Positions 50,214-64,000 of a stretch of DNA of 64,000 nt are shown here, one piece after another. The translations under genes were made by a program, and so were the position numbers. The stretch is from Pristiophorus japonicus (taxonomy: Eukaryota). Location: positions 143,468,001-143,532,000 of the forward strand of contig NC_091984.1 of NCBI RefSeq assembly GCF_044704955.1, read 5' to 3'. How positions within the stretch are numbered: position 1 is the first letter of the stretch; the number at the start of each line of letters is the position of its first letter. The notes beneath the pieces are model-generated. The model made no database searches. It saw only the letters and a list, made by a program, of their open reading frames with translations, and was not told the DNA's origin.

Positions 50214-53200
50214 ACATAGAAAATAGGAGCAGTAGTAGGCCATTCGGCCCTTCGAGTCTGCACCGACATTCAATATGATCATGTCTGTTCCCCTGTCTCA
50301 ACATCATATTCCCGCTTTTTCCCTATACCCTTTGATGCCTTTTGTAAGCCAAGGGGTAAGCCATTTAGGACCGAGATGAGGAGAAACTTCTTCACCCAGA
50401 GAGTGGTGAACCTGTGGAGTTCTCTACCACAGAAAGTTGTTGAGGCCAATTCACTAAATATATTCAAAAAGGATTTAGATTAAGTCCTTACTACTAGGGG
50501 GATCAAGGGGTATGGCAAGAAAACAGGAATGGGGTACTGAAGTTGCATGTTCAGCCATGAACTCATTGAATGGTGGTGCAGGCTAGAAGGGCCGAATGGC
50601 CTACTCCTGCATCTATTTTCTATGTTTCTAGAAATCCATCTATCTGCCTCTTAAATATATTCAGTGACTTGGCCTCCACAGCCTTCTGTGGTGGAGAATT
50701 CCACAGGTTCACCACCCTCTGAGTGAAAACATTTCTCCTCATCTCGGTCCTAAATTTCCTACCCCGTATCCTGAGATTGTGACCACTTATTCTAAACTTC
50801 CCAGCCCGGGAAAACATCCTCCCCAGATCCAGTCTATCCAACCCAGTCAGAATTTTATATGTTTCAATGAGATCCCCTCATTCTTCTGAACTCTAGTGAC
50901 TGCAGGCCCAGTCGACCCAATCTCTCCTTATACGACAGTCCTGCCATCCCAGGAATCAGTCTGGTGAACCTTCGCTGCACTCCCTCTATGGCAAGGATAT
51001 CCTTTCTTAGGTAAGGAGACCAAAGCTGCACATAATATTCCAGGTGCGGTCTCACCAAGGCCCTGTAGTAAGACCTCGTTGCTCCTGTACTCAAATCCTC
51101 TTGCAATGAAGGCCAACGTACCATTTGCTTTCCTAACTGCTTGCTGCACCTGTATGTTTGCTTTCACTGACTGGTGTACAAGAACACCCAGGTCCCTCTG
51201 TACATCTACACTTCACAAACCATCACCATTTAAATAATACTTTGTCCTTATGTTTTTCCTACCAAAGTGAGTAACTTCACACTTATCCACAATATGTTAC
51301 ATCTGTCATGTGTTTGCTCACTCACTCAACCTGTCTAAGTTTCATTGCATCCTCCTCACAACTCATAATCCAATCTAATTATGTGCTGTCAGAAAACTTG
51401 GAAATATTACATTTGGTTCCCTAATTCAAATCATTTATTTATACATTGTGAATATCTGGGGCCCAAGCACTGATCCCTGTGGTACCCCACTCGTCACTGC
51501 CCACCACCCTGAAACACACCCATTTATTCCGACTGTTTCCTGTCAGTTAACCAATTTTCAATCCATGTCAATACATTACCCACAATCCTATGTGCTTTAA
51601 TTTTGCACACTAACCTCTTTTGTGGGATTTTTATCGAAAGCCTTCTGAAAATCCAAATACACTACATCCACTGGTTCTCCATTACCTATTCTATCAGTTA
51701 GATCCTCAAAAAACTCCAGTATGTTACTTTCATAAATCCACGTGACTGTCTTTAACCCCGTTGATGTTATCGAAGTGCACCGTTATCACTTCCTTTATAA
51801 TAGACTCTAGCATTTTCCCTATTAATGACCGGTCTGTAGTTCCCCGTTTTCTCTCCCTCCTTTTTTAAATAGTGGGGTTACATTTGCCACCCTCCAATCT
51901 GCAGGAACTGTTCCATAATCTATAGAATTTTGGAAGATGACAATCAATGCATCTACTATTTCCATGGCTACCTCTTTTAATACTCTGGGATGCAGATCAT
52001 CAGACCCTGGGGATTTATCAGCCTTCAGGCCCATTAGTTTCTCCAGCACTATTTTCTTACTAATAATCATTTCCTTTAATTCCTCTTGTTCACTGGACCC
52101 ATGGTTCCCTAGCATTTCTGGGAAGTTATTTGTATCCTCCTCCGTGAAGAGATTATTTACCTCAGTGCTGTGTGTGGGAGCTTGCTGTGCACAAATTGGC
52201 TCCCGTGTTGGCCACATTACAACAGTGACGACACTTCAAAATGTACTTCATTGGCTGTGAAGCACTTTGGGACATCCTGAAGTGTGAAAGGTGCAATATA
52301 AATGCAGGTCTTTCTTTAATTTCTCTTTTCTTTTTATTAACTGGGACTCGCACAATTCCCCTGCTGATTAAACCTGGACCCAGCAGAAAATCCCCAGAAC
52401 ACGGACTAACGTTCCATAAGAACATGGGAATTAGGAGCAGGAGGAGGCCATTTGGCCCCTCGAGCCTACTCCATCATTCAATGAGATCATGGCTGATCTT
52501 CTACCTCAACTCCACTTTCCTGCACTGTCCCCATATCCATCGATCCCTTAATATCCAAAAATCTATCGATCTCCGGAATATAGAAACATAGAAACATAGA
52601 AAATAGGTGCAGGAGTAGGCCATTCGGCCCTTCTAGCCTGCACCGCCATTCAATGAGTTCATGGCTGAACATTCAACTTCAGTACCCCATTCCTGCTTTC
52701 TCGCCATACCCGTTGATCCCCCTGGTAGTAAGGACTTCATCTAACTCCTTTTTGAATATATTTAGTGAATTGGCCTCAACAACTTTCTGTGGTAGAGAAT
52801 TCCACAGGTTCACCACTCTCTGGGTGAAGAAGTTCCTCCGCATCTCGGTCCTAAATGGCTTACCCCTTATCCTTAGACTGTGACCTCTGGTTCTGGACTT
52901 CCCCAACATTGGGAACATTCTTCCTGCATCTAACCTGTCTAACCCCGTCAGAATTTTAAATGTTTCTATGAGGTCCCCTCTCATTCTTCTGAACTCCAGT
53001 GAATACAAGCCCAGTTGATCCAGTCTTTCTTGATAGGTCAGTCCCGCCATCCCGGGAATCAGTCTGGTGAACCTTCGCTGCACTCCCTCAATAGCAAGAA
53101 TGTCCTTCCTCAGGTTAGGAGACCAAAACTGTACACAATACTCCAGGTGTGGCCTCACCAATGCCCTGTACAACTGTAGCAACACCTCCCTGCCCCCGTA

Positions 53201-53650
53201 CTCAAATCCCCTTGCTATGAAGGCCAACATGCCATTTGCTTTCTTAACCGCCTGCTGCACCTGCATGCCAACCTTCAATGACTGATGTACCATGACACCC
53301 AGGTCTCTTTGCACCTCCCCTTTTCCTAATCTGTCACCATTCAGATAATAGTCTGTCTCTCTGTTTTTACCACCAAAGTGGATATATTCAAGGACTGAGC
53401 CTCCACAGCCCTCTGGGGTAGAGAATTCCAGAGATTCACCACCCTCTGAATGAAGAGGTTTCTCCTCATCTCAGTCCTAAATGGCCGACCCCTTATTCTG
53501 AGACTGTGACCCCTGGTTCTAGACTTCCCAGCCAGAGGAAACATCCTCCCTGCATCTACCCTGTCAAGCCCTGTCAGAATATTGTATGATTCAATGAGAT
53601 CCCCTCTCATTCTTCTAAACACTAGAGAATATAAGCCTAATATACTCGAT
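50214..53650 (-). mobile_element. CR1 mosaic in the J-C intron (young copy ~52580-53380)
   Basis: ORF 52679..53314 nearly identical to 19410..20267; other RT fragments. Confidence 0.88.
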
Positions 53651-54654
53651 CTCTCCATAGGACAATTTCCCCATCCCAGATGTCCGTCTGATGTGTCTGC
53701 GTGTTTGTCACACGTGACGGAGCAGGAGTTCCACCAGCAACACCGGACGTTACCTCAGTGCCCGGCCCACTTTCCCCATCCACTTACCACATTCTTACAG
53801 GTAAACGGGCTCAGCACCTGCCCTCAGCCGGTGAAATGTCTCCCCTCTACACCACGGGCTGCCCGTCATCTGCTCCCCATTTCACTCCTGTAGGCACTAC
53901 CTCTGGCTGGGGCTCAGCTCCTCTCCCCAAGTGGGCTCATTGTCCCAGTGTGAGCCCAGAGACTGAGCTCCCCAAGTGGGCTCATTGTCCCAGTGTGAGT
54001 CCAGAGAGTGAGCGTGTCAGGCTAATCGACCGTGAGGTGTCAGCCGTGGCTCAGTCGTTAGCATGCTCGGCTCTGAGAAAAGGAAGATTTGCATTTATAT
54101 AGCGCCTTTCACGACCACCAGACATCCCAAAGTGCTTTACAGCCAATGAAGTACTTTTTGAAGTGTACTCACTGTTGTAATGTAGGAAACTCAGCAACCA
54201 ATTTGTGCACAGCAAGCTCCCACAAACAGCAATGTGCTGATGACCAAATAACCTGTTTTTGTTTTGTTGATTGTGGGATAAATATTGGCCAGGACACCAG
54301 AGTTTGATTTGAACCCACAATCTCTGACTCAGAAGCGAGGGTGGTTCCAACTGAGCCACTGGCTGATACCATTCGGCCCATCGTGTCCGTGCCGGCCGAC
54401 AAAGATCTATCCAGCCTAATCCCACTTTCCAGCTCTGGGTCCGTAGCTCTGTAGGTTACGGCACTTCAAGTGCACATCCAAGTACTTCTTAAATGTGGTG
54501 AGGGTTTCTGCCCCTACCACCCTTTCAGGTAGTGAGTTCCAGACCCCCACCACCCTCTGGGTGAAAAGGATTCTCCTCAACTACCCTCTAATCCTTCTAT
54601 CAATTACTTTAAATCTGTGACACCTGGTTAGTGACCCTACTGCAGAGGGAAATA

Positions 54655-56580
54655 GGTCTTGGCCGCATCCTCCGCCAGGATCAACTGAGAAATGTTCCGC
54701 ACTCCTGGTGGGTCAGTGGCAGGTGGACTCCCTGCTGGAGGAGCTCAGGCCTTTTGCCTAGAGCACGACCCATTTCCTCTATCTGGGAGTCTACCTTAGC
54801 CCTGACGAGGAAGCCTGGCCGGCGAACTGCCAGGAGCTGGAGGCCAAAGTCGCCGCTCACCTAGGGCGCTGGACAGGACTGCTCCGAGTGCTGTCCTACA
54901 GGGGTCCAGTGCCATCATAAACCAGCTGGTGGCCTCTATGCTGTGGTACTGGCTGGTCACTTTGACCCCTCCCCCGCGTTTGTCGCCAAGATACAGAAGA
55001 AGCTGGTGGACTTCTTCTGGAACAACAGGAAACATTGGGTCTTTGCTGCGGATTTAAGTCTCCCACTTAGGGAGGGCGGTCAGGCGTTGGTGTGCATCAG
55101 TACCCAGCATGTGACTTTCCATCTTCAGTCCCTACAGAGATACCTGTACGTCGAGCCCCCTCCTACGTGCATTGGGGACGTATTTCTTCCGCCAGCAGTA
55201 CTGCCTCAATTATGACATGCAGCTCCTGTTTGTGAGCCTGGGGGGCATCAGGACCCCCATACGGGGGCTTCCTGTCTTTTACCAGGAATTCATCAGAGTC
55301 TGGAACAGTGTCACCACCAAGCGCAGGTCTCCCCCGTCTGGAGTGGCGGCTGTCCTGCAGGAGCCGCTGCTCAGGAATCTGTACCTCCATGACCGCGGTT
55401 TTAGGTGGCAGGCAGACGAGAGTGCTGTGGCTGGCGAGGTGACCAGGGTCAGGGATCTGCTTGATGGCGGAGGAGTGGGCTGGATGTGGCCAGACTTGGT
55501 AGGATGTTGCCTAAACTGGGTCAACATCCAACGTGCGGCCAATGCCATCGAGTCGCTAAAAACAGCACTGGTCCCTGACTCCGTTAGGTGTGTCGAGGAG
55601 GCTCAAGCACGTGGGTTGATCCCCTCCGAACTGACCCCCGTCCAGACAGAATTCCTCATCGCACCAAGCCCCAAAACCTCCTTTTGGAGCCGGCACCTCC
55701 CAACTTGAGCCTCCTCGGGGAAATCCCCTCGTGCCTTTCAGTTCTGCGTGGAGGGGTTTCCTGTACGGGCTGTTCCTGCACACTCTCAACCTTGCCATTC
55801 TCGTCTGCCGTCCAGACACGCCATGGCATACCATCTTGTCGTCCGGAGGAGGCGGGGGTCCCCAGTGGAGTGCACTCTACGCGGGAGTCCTCCCTCTATT
55901 TATTGGGGACTTGGCCTGGAGGGTGTTGCACGGAGCAGTCCCGTGCAATAAGTTTTTAAGTCGGTTCACGGGCTCCCAGGCCGCTTGCAATTTCTGCTGT
56001 CTGGAAGAGTCCGTGTTCCTTGTTTTTATGGAGTGTGTGAGGTTGCAGCCCCTCTTCTGTTATTTGAAGGGGCTGCTCCTCAAATTCTGGTTGCACTTCA
56101 GTCCCATACACCTGATCTTTGGGCACCCTGTGCGGAGAGGAGCGGGCAGGTCAGAAGGCCTCCCCGTAGGACTGCTCCTGGGCATGGCCAAGTGGGCCAT
56201 CAGCCGGTCCAGGCAGCGGGCGGTCGAAGGGGTTGTTCATCCTGACTGCCTGCCTCTCTTCCACGGTTACATCCGAGCCAGGGTATCCCTGGAGCTGGAG
56301 CACGCGGTGTCCACCGGTACTTTCACGAGAGGTGGGCACTGGAGGGACTGGAGTGCATCATCACCCCCGGCAGCCAAATTTTAATTTGATCATTTAATTT
56401 TATAGTTTAATTTGTTTAATTTGCCAGTTTTAGTGCCCCCCCTTTTTGGCCCAGGGGACACTTGTATAATTTGTGTGTTGGTGCCCTCAAAAAAAAACGG
56501 GCACTGGAAAAATGTATCTTGGTGTGTGACCCTCCCCCCGCCCCCCTTCAGGGGGCATTTGTTTAAAGTGCACAAATAAA
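54655..56580 (+). mobile_element. Tx1-clade LINE, 3' half of ORF2 and 3' UTR
   Basis: YLGVYL, KIQKKLVDFFW..LPLREGG, DLAWRVLHGAV..CNFC..ESVFLVFMEC. Confidence 0.82.
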
Positions 56581-56584
56581 ATAG

Positions 56585-59480
56585 TTGTGGGAAATAGGTC
56601 CTTCTTAACCACTCTATCTCGGCCCCTCATAGTTTTATACACCTCAATTAAATCTCCCCTCAGCCTCCTCTGCTCCAAAGAAAATAACCCAGCCTATCCA
56701 ATCTTTCATCATAACTAAAATTTTCCAGTCCTGGTAACATCCTCATAAATCTCCTTTGTACTCTAGCTGTGGCTGAACTACTATTTTAAACAGTTATAAC
56801 ATAACCTCCCTGCTCTTATATTCAGTGCCACGACTAATAAAGGCAAGTATCCCATATGCCTTCTTAGCCACCTTATCTACCTGGCCTGCTACCTTCAGGG
56901 ATCTGTGGTCCTGCACTCCAAGGTCCCTTTGTTCCTCTACACTTCTCAGGGTCCTACCATTTAATGTGTCTTCCCTTGCCTTGTTAGCCTTCCCCAAATG
57001 CATTACCTCACAGTTCTGGATTGAAATCCATTTGCCACTGTTCTGCCCACCTGACCAGTCCATTGATACCTTCCTGCAGTCGATAGCTTTCTTCCTCACT
57101 ATCATCTGCAAACTTCTTAATCATGTTCTCGACATTGAAATCTAAATCATTGGTGTACATTACAAAGAGCAAGGGACTTAGTACTGAGCCCTACGGAACC
57201 CCACTCGAAACAGCCTTCCAGTCACAAAAACATCCGTTAACCATTACCCTTGGCTTCCTGCCACTGAGCCAATTTTGGATCCAACTTGCTACTTTCCCTT
57301 GGATCCCATGGGCTTTTACTTTTCTGCCACATGAGACTTTGCCAAATGCCTTGCAAAAATCCATGTAGACTACATCAAAGGTGCAACACTCATCGACCCT
57401 CCTTGTTATCTCCGCAAAAAATTCACTCAAGTTAGTCAGGCACGACCTTCCCTTAACAATTCCATGCTGACTGTCCTTGATTAATCTGTCGCTTTCTATA
57501 TGACAATTTATCCTCTCCCTCAGAATTGTTTCCAATAATTTTCCAACCACCGAGGTTAGGCTGACTGGCCTGTAATTACTCGGTCTATCCCTTTCTCACT
57601 TTTTAAACAAAGGTACCACGTTAGCAGTCCTCCAGTCCTCTGACACCACACCTGGAGCCAGAGAGGATTGGAAAATGATAGTCAGAGCCTCTGCTATTTC
57701 CTCCCTTGCTTCTCTTAACAACCTGGGATACATTTGATCTGGGCCTGGTGATTTATCCACTTTCAAAGCTGCTAAGCCCCTCAATACTTCCTCTCTCACT
57801 TTGTTTATCTTATCTCATATTTCATACTTCTCCTCCTTAATTACAATGTCTGCATCGTCCCTCTCTTCTGTGAAGACAGATGCAAAGTATTCACAAAGAA
57901 CCATACCCACGTCTTCCGTCTCCACACACAGGTTATCTTTTTGGTCTCCAATAGGCCCCACTCTTGCCTTGCTCTTTATGTATTTATAAAACATCTTTGG
58001 GTTTTCCTTGATATTACTTGCCAATATGTTTTCATGCCTTCTCTTTGCATTCCTAATTTCCTTTTTAATTTCACCCCTGCACTTTCTAAACTTCTCTGGG
58101 CTTTCTGCAGTATTTAGCACTGGGTATCTGACATAAGCTTCCCTTTTTTGCCTTATCCTACCCTGTATGACCTGTGCCATCCAGGGGGCTCTAGATTTGG
58201 GAGTGCCACCCTTTTCCTTTGTGGGAACATACTTGCTCTGAACCCTCACTATCTCCCACTGCTCTGACACTGATTTACCTTCAAGTAGCTGTTTCCAGCC
58301 CACTTTTGCTAAATCACCTCTCAGCTTAGTAAAATGGGCCTTTCCCCAATTGAGAACCTTTATTCCTGCTCTGTCTTTGTCCTTTTCCAAAACTACGCTA
58401 AATCTAACTGAATTATAATCACTAGCACCAAAATGCTCTCCCACTGATACCCTTTCCACCTGCCCAGCTTCATTCCCTAAAACTAAGTCCAGAACCACCC
58501 CTCCCTTGTTGGGCTTGCTACGTACTGGCTATAAAAGTTCTCCTGAATGCATTTGAAGAATTCTGGGACCTCTGTACCTTTGACACTGATTCCATCCCAG
58601 TTAATGTGAGGGGAGTTGAAATCCCCGACTATTGCTGCCCGATTGTTTTTGACCTTCTCAGCAATTTGCCGACATATTTTCTCTTCTATCTCCCTCTGAC
58701 TGTTGAGGGGTCTATAGTACACTCCCAGCAGTGTGATCGCCCCTTTTATGTTCATCATTTTAACCCATATGGACTCATTTGATGATCCTTCTAACATATC
58801 CTCCCTCTGTCAGAGGTGCTGTCTTTCAGATGAGACGTTAAACCAAAGTCCCGTCTGCCCTCTCAGGTGGACATGAAAGATCCCATAACTACTACTGGAA
58901 GGGCAAGGGGGTTCTTCCCAGTGTCCTGGCCAATATTTATCCCACAACAAACATAGTTAAAACTGATGATCTGGTCATGATCTCATTGCCGTCTGGGAGC
59001 TTCATAGAATCAGAGAAATTTACAGCATGAAAGGAGGCCATTCGGCCCATCGTGTCCACACCGGTCGACAAAGATCTATCCAGCCTAATCCCACTTCCCA
59101 GCTCTTGGTCCGTAGCCCTGTGGGTTACCGCATTTCAAGTGTACATCCAAGTATTTCTTAAATGTGCTAAGGGTTTCTGCCTCTACCATCCTTTCAGGCA
59201 GTGAGTTCCAAACCCTCACCACCCTCTGGGTAATGACATATCCCCTCAAATCCCCTCTAAATCTCCGACCAATCACTTTAGATCTATGCCCTGGTTATTG
59301 AGCCCTATGCTAAGTGAAATAGGTCCGTCTTATCCATGCTATCTAGGGCCCTCATAATTTTATACACCTCAATAAGGTCTCCCCTCAGCCTCCTCTGTTC
59401 CAAAGAAAACAACCCCAGCCTATCCAATCTTTCCTCATAGCTAAAATTTTGCAGTCCAGGCAGCATACTCGTAAACCTTC
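56585..59480 (-). mobile_element. CR1 fragments plus SINE piece (57190 onward mirrors 25850-28140)
   Basis: ORFs 56794..58797 and 59085..59505 on minus strand. Confidence 0.85.
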
Positions 59481-60688
59481 CTGTGTGCAATTGGTTGTGA
59501 AGCAACTTCGGAAGTCCTGAGGTTGTGAAAGGCGCTATATAAATTCAAGGCTTTCTTTCATTGAAGTGGGTGGGCCCTGATCCTGACCCTCAGCCATTGT
59601 CCGCACACTCTGACCTTCCAGGAGGTCATTGGGAGCAGTGACCCTGCCTGACCCCGGTACACTGAGGCTAATTGTAGCCTCACCATTGACCTCACCCCGG
59701 TGCTGGGCAGCAAGCTTTTAAATGCAATCTAGAAGCATCTACACCGACACCCAACATGAAGCCTTGCTGAAGTGTGTTTATACAAGTGTGCCGCAATGTT
59801 CCCGGATAAAGTTCTCCCGATCTGTGTGTGATCTGAGCTTTCTCACTGCTGAGCCTGTTTCCCCTGTATCCACCCATCCACAGTTCGAGCTTCCTGCCAG
59901 TGAACAGTGTCTTAACGGGACACTCAGTCTTTACCGACTCTTACTGTTAACCATTTCAGTGCTGAATGTGTGCCAACCCTGCACTGCAGATGTTTATACA
60001 ACAGTCCAATCTGATTTTGAGTATCAGCTGTGGCTCACTGCGTTGCACTCTCGCCTCGGAGTCAGAAGGTTGTGGGATCAAGTCCCACTCTACGGACTTG
60101 AGCACAAAAATCGAGGCTGACACTCCAGTGCAGTGCTGAGGGAGCGATGTAAAACCGAGGCCCCGTCTGCCATCTCAGGTAGATGTAAAAGATCCCATGC
60201 CACTATTTTGAAGAAGAGCAGGGGAGTTCTCCCCGGTGTCCTGGCCAATATTTATCCCTCAACCAACATGACAAAAGAACAGATTATCAGGTCGTTATCA
60301 CATCGCTGTTTGTGGGAGCTTGCTGTGCACAGATTGGCTGCCGTGTTTCCCACATTACAACAGTGACTACACTCCAAAAGTACTTCATTGGCTGTAAAAT
60401 GCTTTGAGATGTCCGGTGGTTGTGAAAGTTGCAATATAAATGCAATATTTCCTTTTTTTTTAATCACCTTAACATCAAACGCATTTATATTTAGATCAAG
60501 CTGATCAAGTGAGGCAAAGAAGATGAAGAATTAGTGTTGCTCACCTCTAATGGTTAATCACCAGCCAGGAGTTCATTAACCCAACTCTCCGTTATCAGAT
60601 GTGAATTATCCCCACACGGAAACACCCACAGTGACACACACACACACACTAATATACACCTATTAAACATCCTTCTCCTCCCTTTCAG

Positions 60689-61017
60689 GCCGAGGGAAGA
60701 CACCACCCATGCTGACCCTGCTGCCCCCCTCCCCGGAGGAGGTCACGACCAAGGGCACTGCCACCCTGGTGTGCCTCGCCGATCACTTCTACCCCGATGC
60801 GGTGGAGGTGGAGTGGAAGAAGGACGGGGCGACCATTTCGGCCGGGGTCCAGACCAGCGACTACCTGCGAGCTTCGGACAACACCTACAGTGTCAGCAGC
60901 CTGCTGACCCTCTCTGGCTCCGACTGGGAGTCCAACGCCAGCTTCTCCTGCAGCCTCACCCACGAGAGCCTCTCCTCTCCCCTCAGCAAGGGCATCAGGA
61001 GAGCAGAATGTGCGTAG
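60689..61017 (+). CDS. IGKC: Ig kappa-type light-chain constant exon, copy 1 (partner of V/J)
   Basis: Acceptor cctttcAG at 60687-60688; RGKTPPMLTLLPPSPEEV..CLADHFYP..FSCSLTHE..RRAECA*; penultimate Cys typical of the interchain bond. Confidence 0.96.
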
Positions 61018-61448
61018 TGTGTCAGGGACAGTCCGCAGGGGAGACACAACTTTAAATAGAACAAGGGGTGAGCCGGGAGGGCAAAGGTCATTGTCAGCAC
61101 TGCATTTCTCCTTTCTTCCTTCTCGGGACTGGGTCAAGGAAAGCATCTGAGTCTCAGGGGGTAAGGCACGTTATTGGGACAGTGTAGAGGAAGCTTTACT
61201 CTGTATCTAACCCGTGCTGTACCTGCCCTGGGAGTGTTTGATGGGACAGTGTTGACTCGTGCTGCCAAGTAAAACCTCTTGAAGATGCTGAAGACTGTCA
61301 GCAGAGTAAAACTAATGTTAAACTGTGAAGTGCCGCTTCAGTAAGCAGACCTCCTCCCTGCTCACCCTGTTGTTACAATTCAAGGTTTAGTCCCCGTTTA
61401 AAAGGGACAGGATTCTCACGGTGTGGAGAAAATCCCCACAACTGTTTT

Positions 61449-61549
61449 AATAAAGCTGCATTCTCCCTGTGAATGTCTCCAGCTCGCTCTCGCTGGGCTG
61501 TTTATTCAATTCTTGTTACTCTAAATGTGAATCTGTAAAAGGCAATAAA
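61449..61549 (+). terminator. Polyadenylation signals of the light-chain transcript
   Basis: AATAAA at 61449-61454 and 61544-61549, both conserved in the left arm. Confidence 0.65.
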
Positions 61550-62261
61550 CGTGAAGAATATTCATTCTGTGTCTGGCGAGTGCTTTGGAAATGCCCCTCC
61601 TCCCCCTCAGCTAGATTGGCTGCATTTCAGTAAGTGTATGTCCTGATTGGCTCGGTGGGCTGTCAATCAATGGCATGTTAGCAGGAGATTTGTTTTAAAG
61701 CCAATTATCAATCATTTTAAAACGATCAATTTGACCTCGAACCCCTGGAGTGCACAAGATTAAACACAGAGACAGTAAAAGCTGCTGGGATTAAACTCTT
61801 CCAGTCTGGGCATTGTCTCTCACTCTGCACACTGGGCGTGTTGGGGCAGCCCCGATAGTGGGATCGCACTGTGCACTTGTGCTGACTGCTGGGGGCAATC
61901 TGGGGGCAGGAGGCCAAGGTCACAACGTTGCATTCTCTCTCCTTAACGTGTGGCTCGTGGCAGCAGCACAAAACTGTCCCGAGTGAGGCCTCAGCTTCGG
62001 GAGAGGAGCAGTCAGTGTATCACCGTGTACATGTCCCTGAATGTTAGTGTGGCTTACCTAGCACCGCCTGTAGGTGTGTGTGTGTGTGTGTGAGTGTTAC
62101 CCAGCATTGTTATGTCGGCCTGAGGAGTGCTCCGCGGTGATGCGGTCTTTAAGGGACTGTGGGGGAGGAGGGGAGTGGAGGGGTGACCAGGGCGATGATC
62201 AGGGGCTGACCTTGTGTGGAATGGTGGGGACCAGGGCGATCGGGGGGGTGTTCTCAGGGAG

Positions 62262-63830
62262 TCTCACCAATACCCTGTGCAGATGTAGCAGGACTTCTCT
62301 GCTTTTATACTCCATCCCCCTTACAATAAAGGGCAACATTACATTAGCTTCCCTTATCACTTGCTGTACCTGCATACTAACTTTTTGTGTTTCATGCACC
62401 AGGACCCCCAGGTCCCTCTGTACTGCAGCAGTTTGCAAGTTTTCTCCTTTTAAATAATAAATTGCTTTCCTATTCTTTCTGCCAAATGGATAACCTCACA
62501 TTTTCCCACATTATACTCCATCTGCCAACGTTTTGCCCACTCACTGAGCCTGTCTATATCCCTTTGCAGATTTTTAGTGTCCTCTTCACAATGTGCTTTC
62601 CCAGCCACCATCATAGGCAGTCCCTCGGAATTGAGGAAGACTTGCTTCCAATCTTAAAATGAGTCGTTAGGTGACTGAGCAGTCCAATACGAGAACCACA
62701 GTCCCTGCCACAGGTGGGACAGACAGTCACTGAGGGTAAGGGAGGGTGGGACAGGTTTGCTGCACGTTCCTTCCGCTGCCTGCACTTGATTTCTGCATGC
62801 ACCACGGCGATGAGATGCGAAGTGCTCAGCGCCATCCCAGATACATTTCCTCCACTTCGGGAAGTCTTTGGCCAGGGTCTCCCAGGTGTCAGTGGGGATT
62901 TTTCACTTCATCAGGGAGGCTTTGAGGGTGTCCTTGTAACGTTCCTCTGCCCACCTTTGGCTAGTTTGCCGTGAAAGAGTTCCGAGTAGAGCGAGTATTC
63001 AAAAAGGAGTTAGATGTAGTCCTTACTACTAGGGTTAGGGTTAGGGGTCAAGGGGTATGGCGAGAAAGCAGGAATGGGGTACTGAAGTTGCATGTTCAGC
63101 CATGAACTCATTGAATGACGGTGCAGGCTCGAAGGGCCGAATGGCCTACTCCTGCACCTAGTTTCTATGTTTCTATGTTTCTATGTTTGGGTGTCTTGTA
63201 TCTGGCATGTGGACAATGTGGCCTGCCCATGGAGCTGATCAAGTGTGGTCATGCTTCAATGCTGGGGATGTTGACCTGGTCGAGGACACTAATGTTGGTG
63301 CGTCTGTCCTCCCAGCAAATTTTGCTACTTTACACTCAGTTCCTTCGTCATTAATAGAGATTGGAAATAATTGAGGCCACAGCACCGATCCCTGTGGCAC
63401 CTCACTAGTTACTGTTTGCCAAAGGGAAAATGACCCATTTATCCTGATTCTCTGTTTTCTGTTAGTTAGCCAATCTTCTATCCATGCTAATATATTACCC
63501 CCAACCCCGTGAACTTTTATCTTGTGTCTTTTATGTGGCACCTTATCGAATGCCTTCTGGAAATACAAATACACCACATCCACTGGTTCCCCTTTGTCCA
63601 CCCTGCTCGTTACATCCTCAAAGAATTCCAGCAAATTTGTCAAACATGATTTCCCTTTCATAAAACCATGCTGACTCTGCTTGATTGAAATACGCTTTTC
63701 CAAATGTCCTGCTACTGCTTCCTTAATAATGGACTCCAGCATTTTCCCAACGACAGATGTTAGGCTAACTGGTCTATAGTTTCCTGCTTTCTGTCTGCCT
63801 CCTTTTTTAAATAGGGGCGTTACATTTGCT
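62262..63830. mobile_element. CR1 (minus) with nested RTE 3' piece (~62612-62995, minus) and CR1 tail (~62995-63187, plus)
   Basis: CR1 RT motifs; RTE CPTCGRDCGSRIGLLSH motif. Confidence 0.8.
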
Positions 63831-64000
63831 GTGCGTGCTTTGGAGAGGGCGTTAAAAGGAGCGGCGACATCCAGAATACCAGATTTTGCCTCAATTCAAC
63901 AACAACAACTTGTATTTATATAGCGCCTTTAACGTAGTGAAATGTCCCAAGGCACTTCCCAGGCGTATTATGAGATACAAAATTTGACACCAAGTCACAA

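Larger units (their letters stand above)
57190..62105 (+). repeat. Right arm of large inverted duplication
   Basis: Reverse complement of ~22330-28140 apart from indels. Confidence 0.93.

Noticed and set aside
50214-50630. Hairpin-forming inverted repeat as an ncRNA
   Set aside because: Two oppositely oriented CR1 3' tails
60627-60654. CACAGTG + 12 nt + ACACTAATA before C as an RSS
   Set aside because: Spacer and nonamer are a (CA)n microsatellite whose length differs in the mirror arm

Overview
Repeat-dense vertebrate DNA, almost certainly from a cartilaginous fish (shark), judged by the immunoglobulin gene and the CR1/RTE/SINE families. The functional core is one unrearranged kappa-type (NS4/type III-like) Ig light-chain minicluster on +: promoter ~46.97-47.07 kb, leader 47127-47175, V 47362-47663, 12-RSS, 23-RSS, J 49093-49127 and C 60689-61017. 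A second intact C exon (24918-24590, minus) lies in the left arm of a large inverted duplication, and I could find no V or J for it. Nearer the centre of that palindrome are two inverted copies of a ~260-bp element packed with B-cell transcription-factor motifs (EICE, E-box, kB-like, RUNX, MEF2), a candidate light-chain enhancer. The first 9.2 kb is the 5' part of a decayed retrovirus-like LTR element (CCHC Gag, in-frame gag-TGA-pol, two RNase H domains) whose LTR carries a Harbinger transposon. The rest is CR1, RTE, L2, Tx1, SINE and minisatellite DNA. Repeat boundaries are read by eye and approximate unless termini are quoted.
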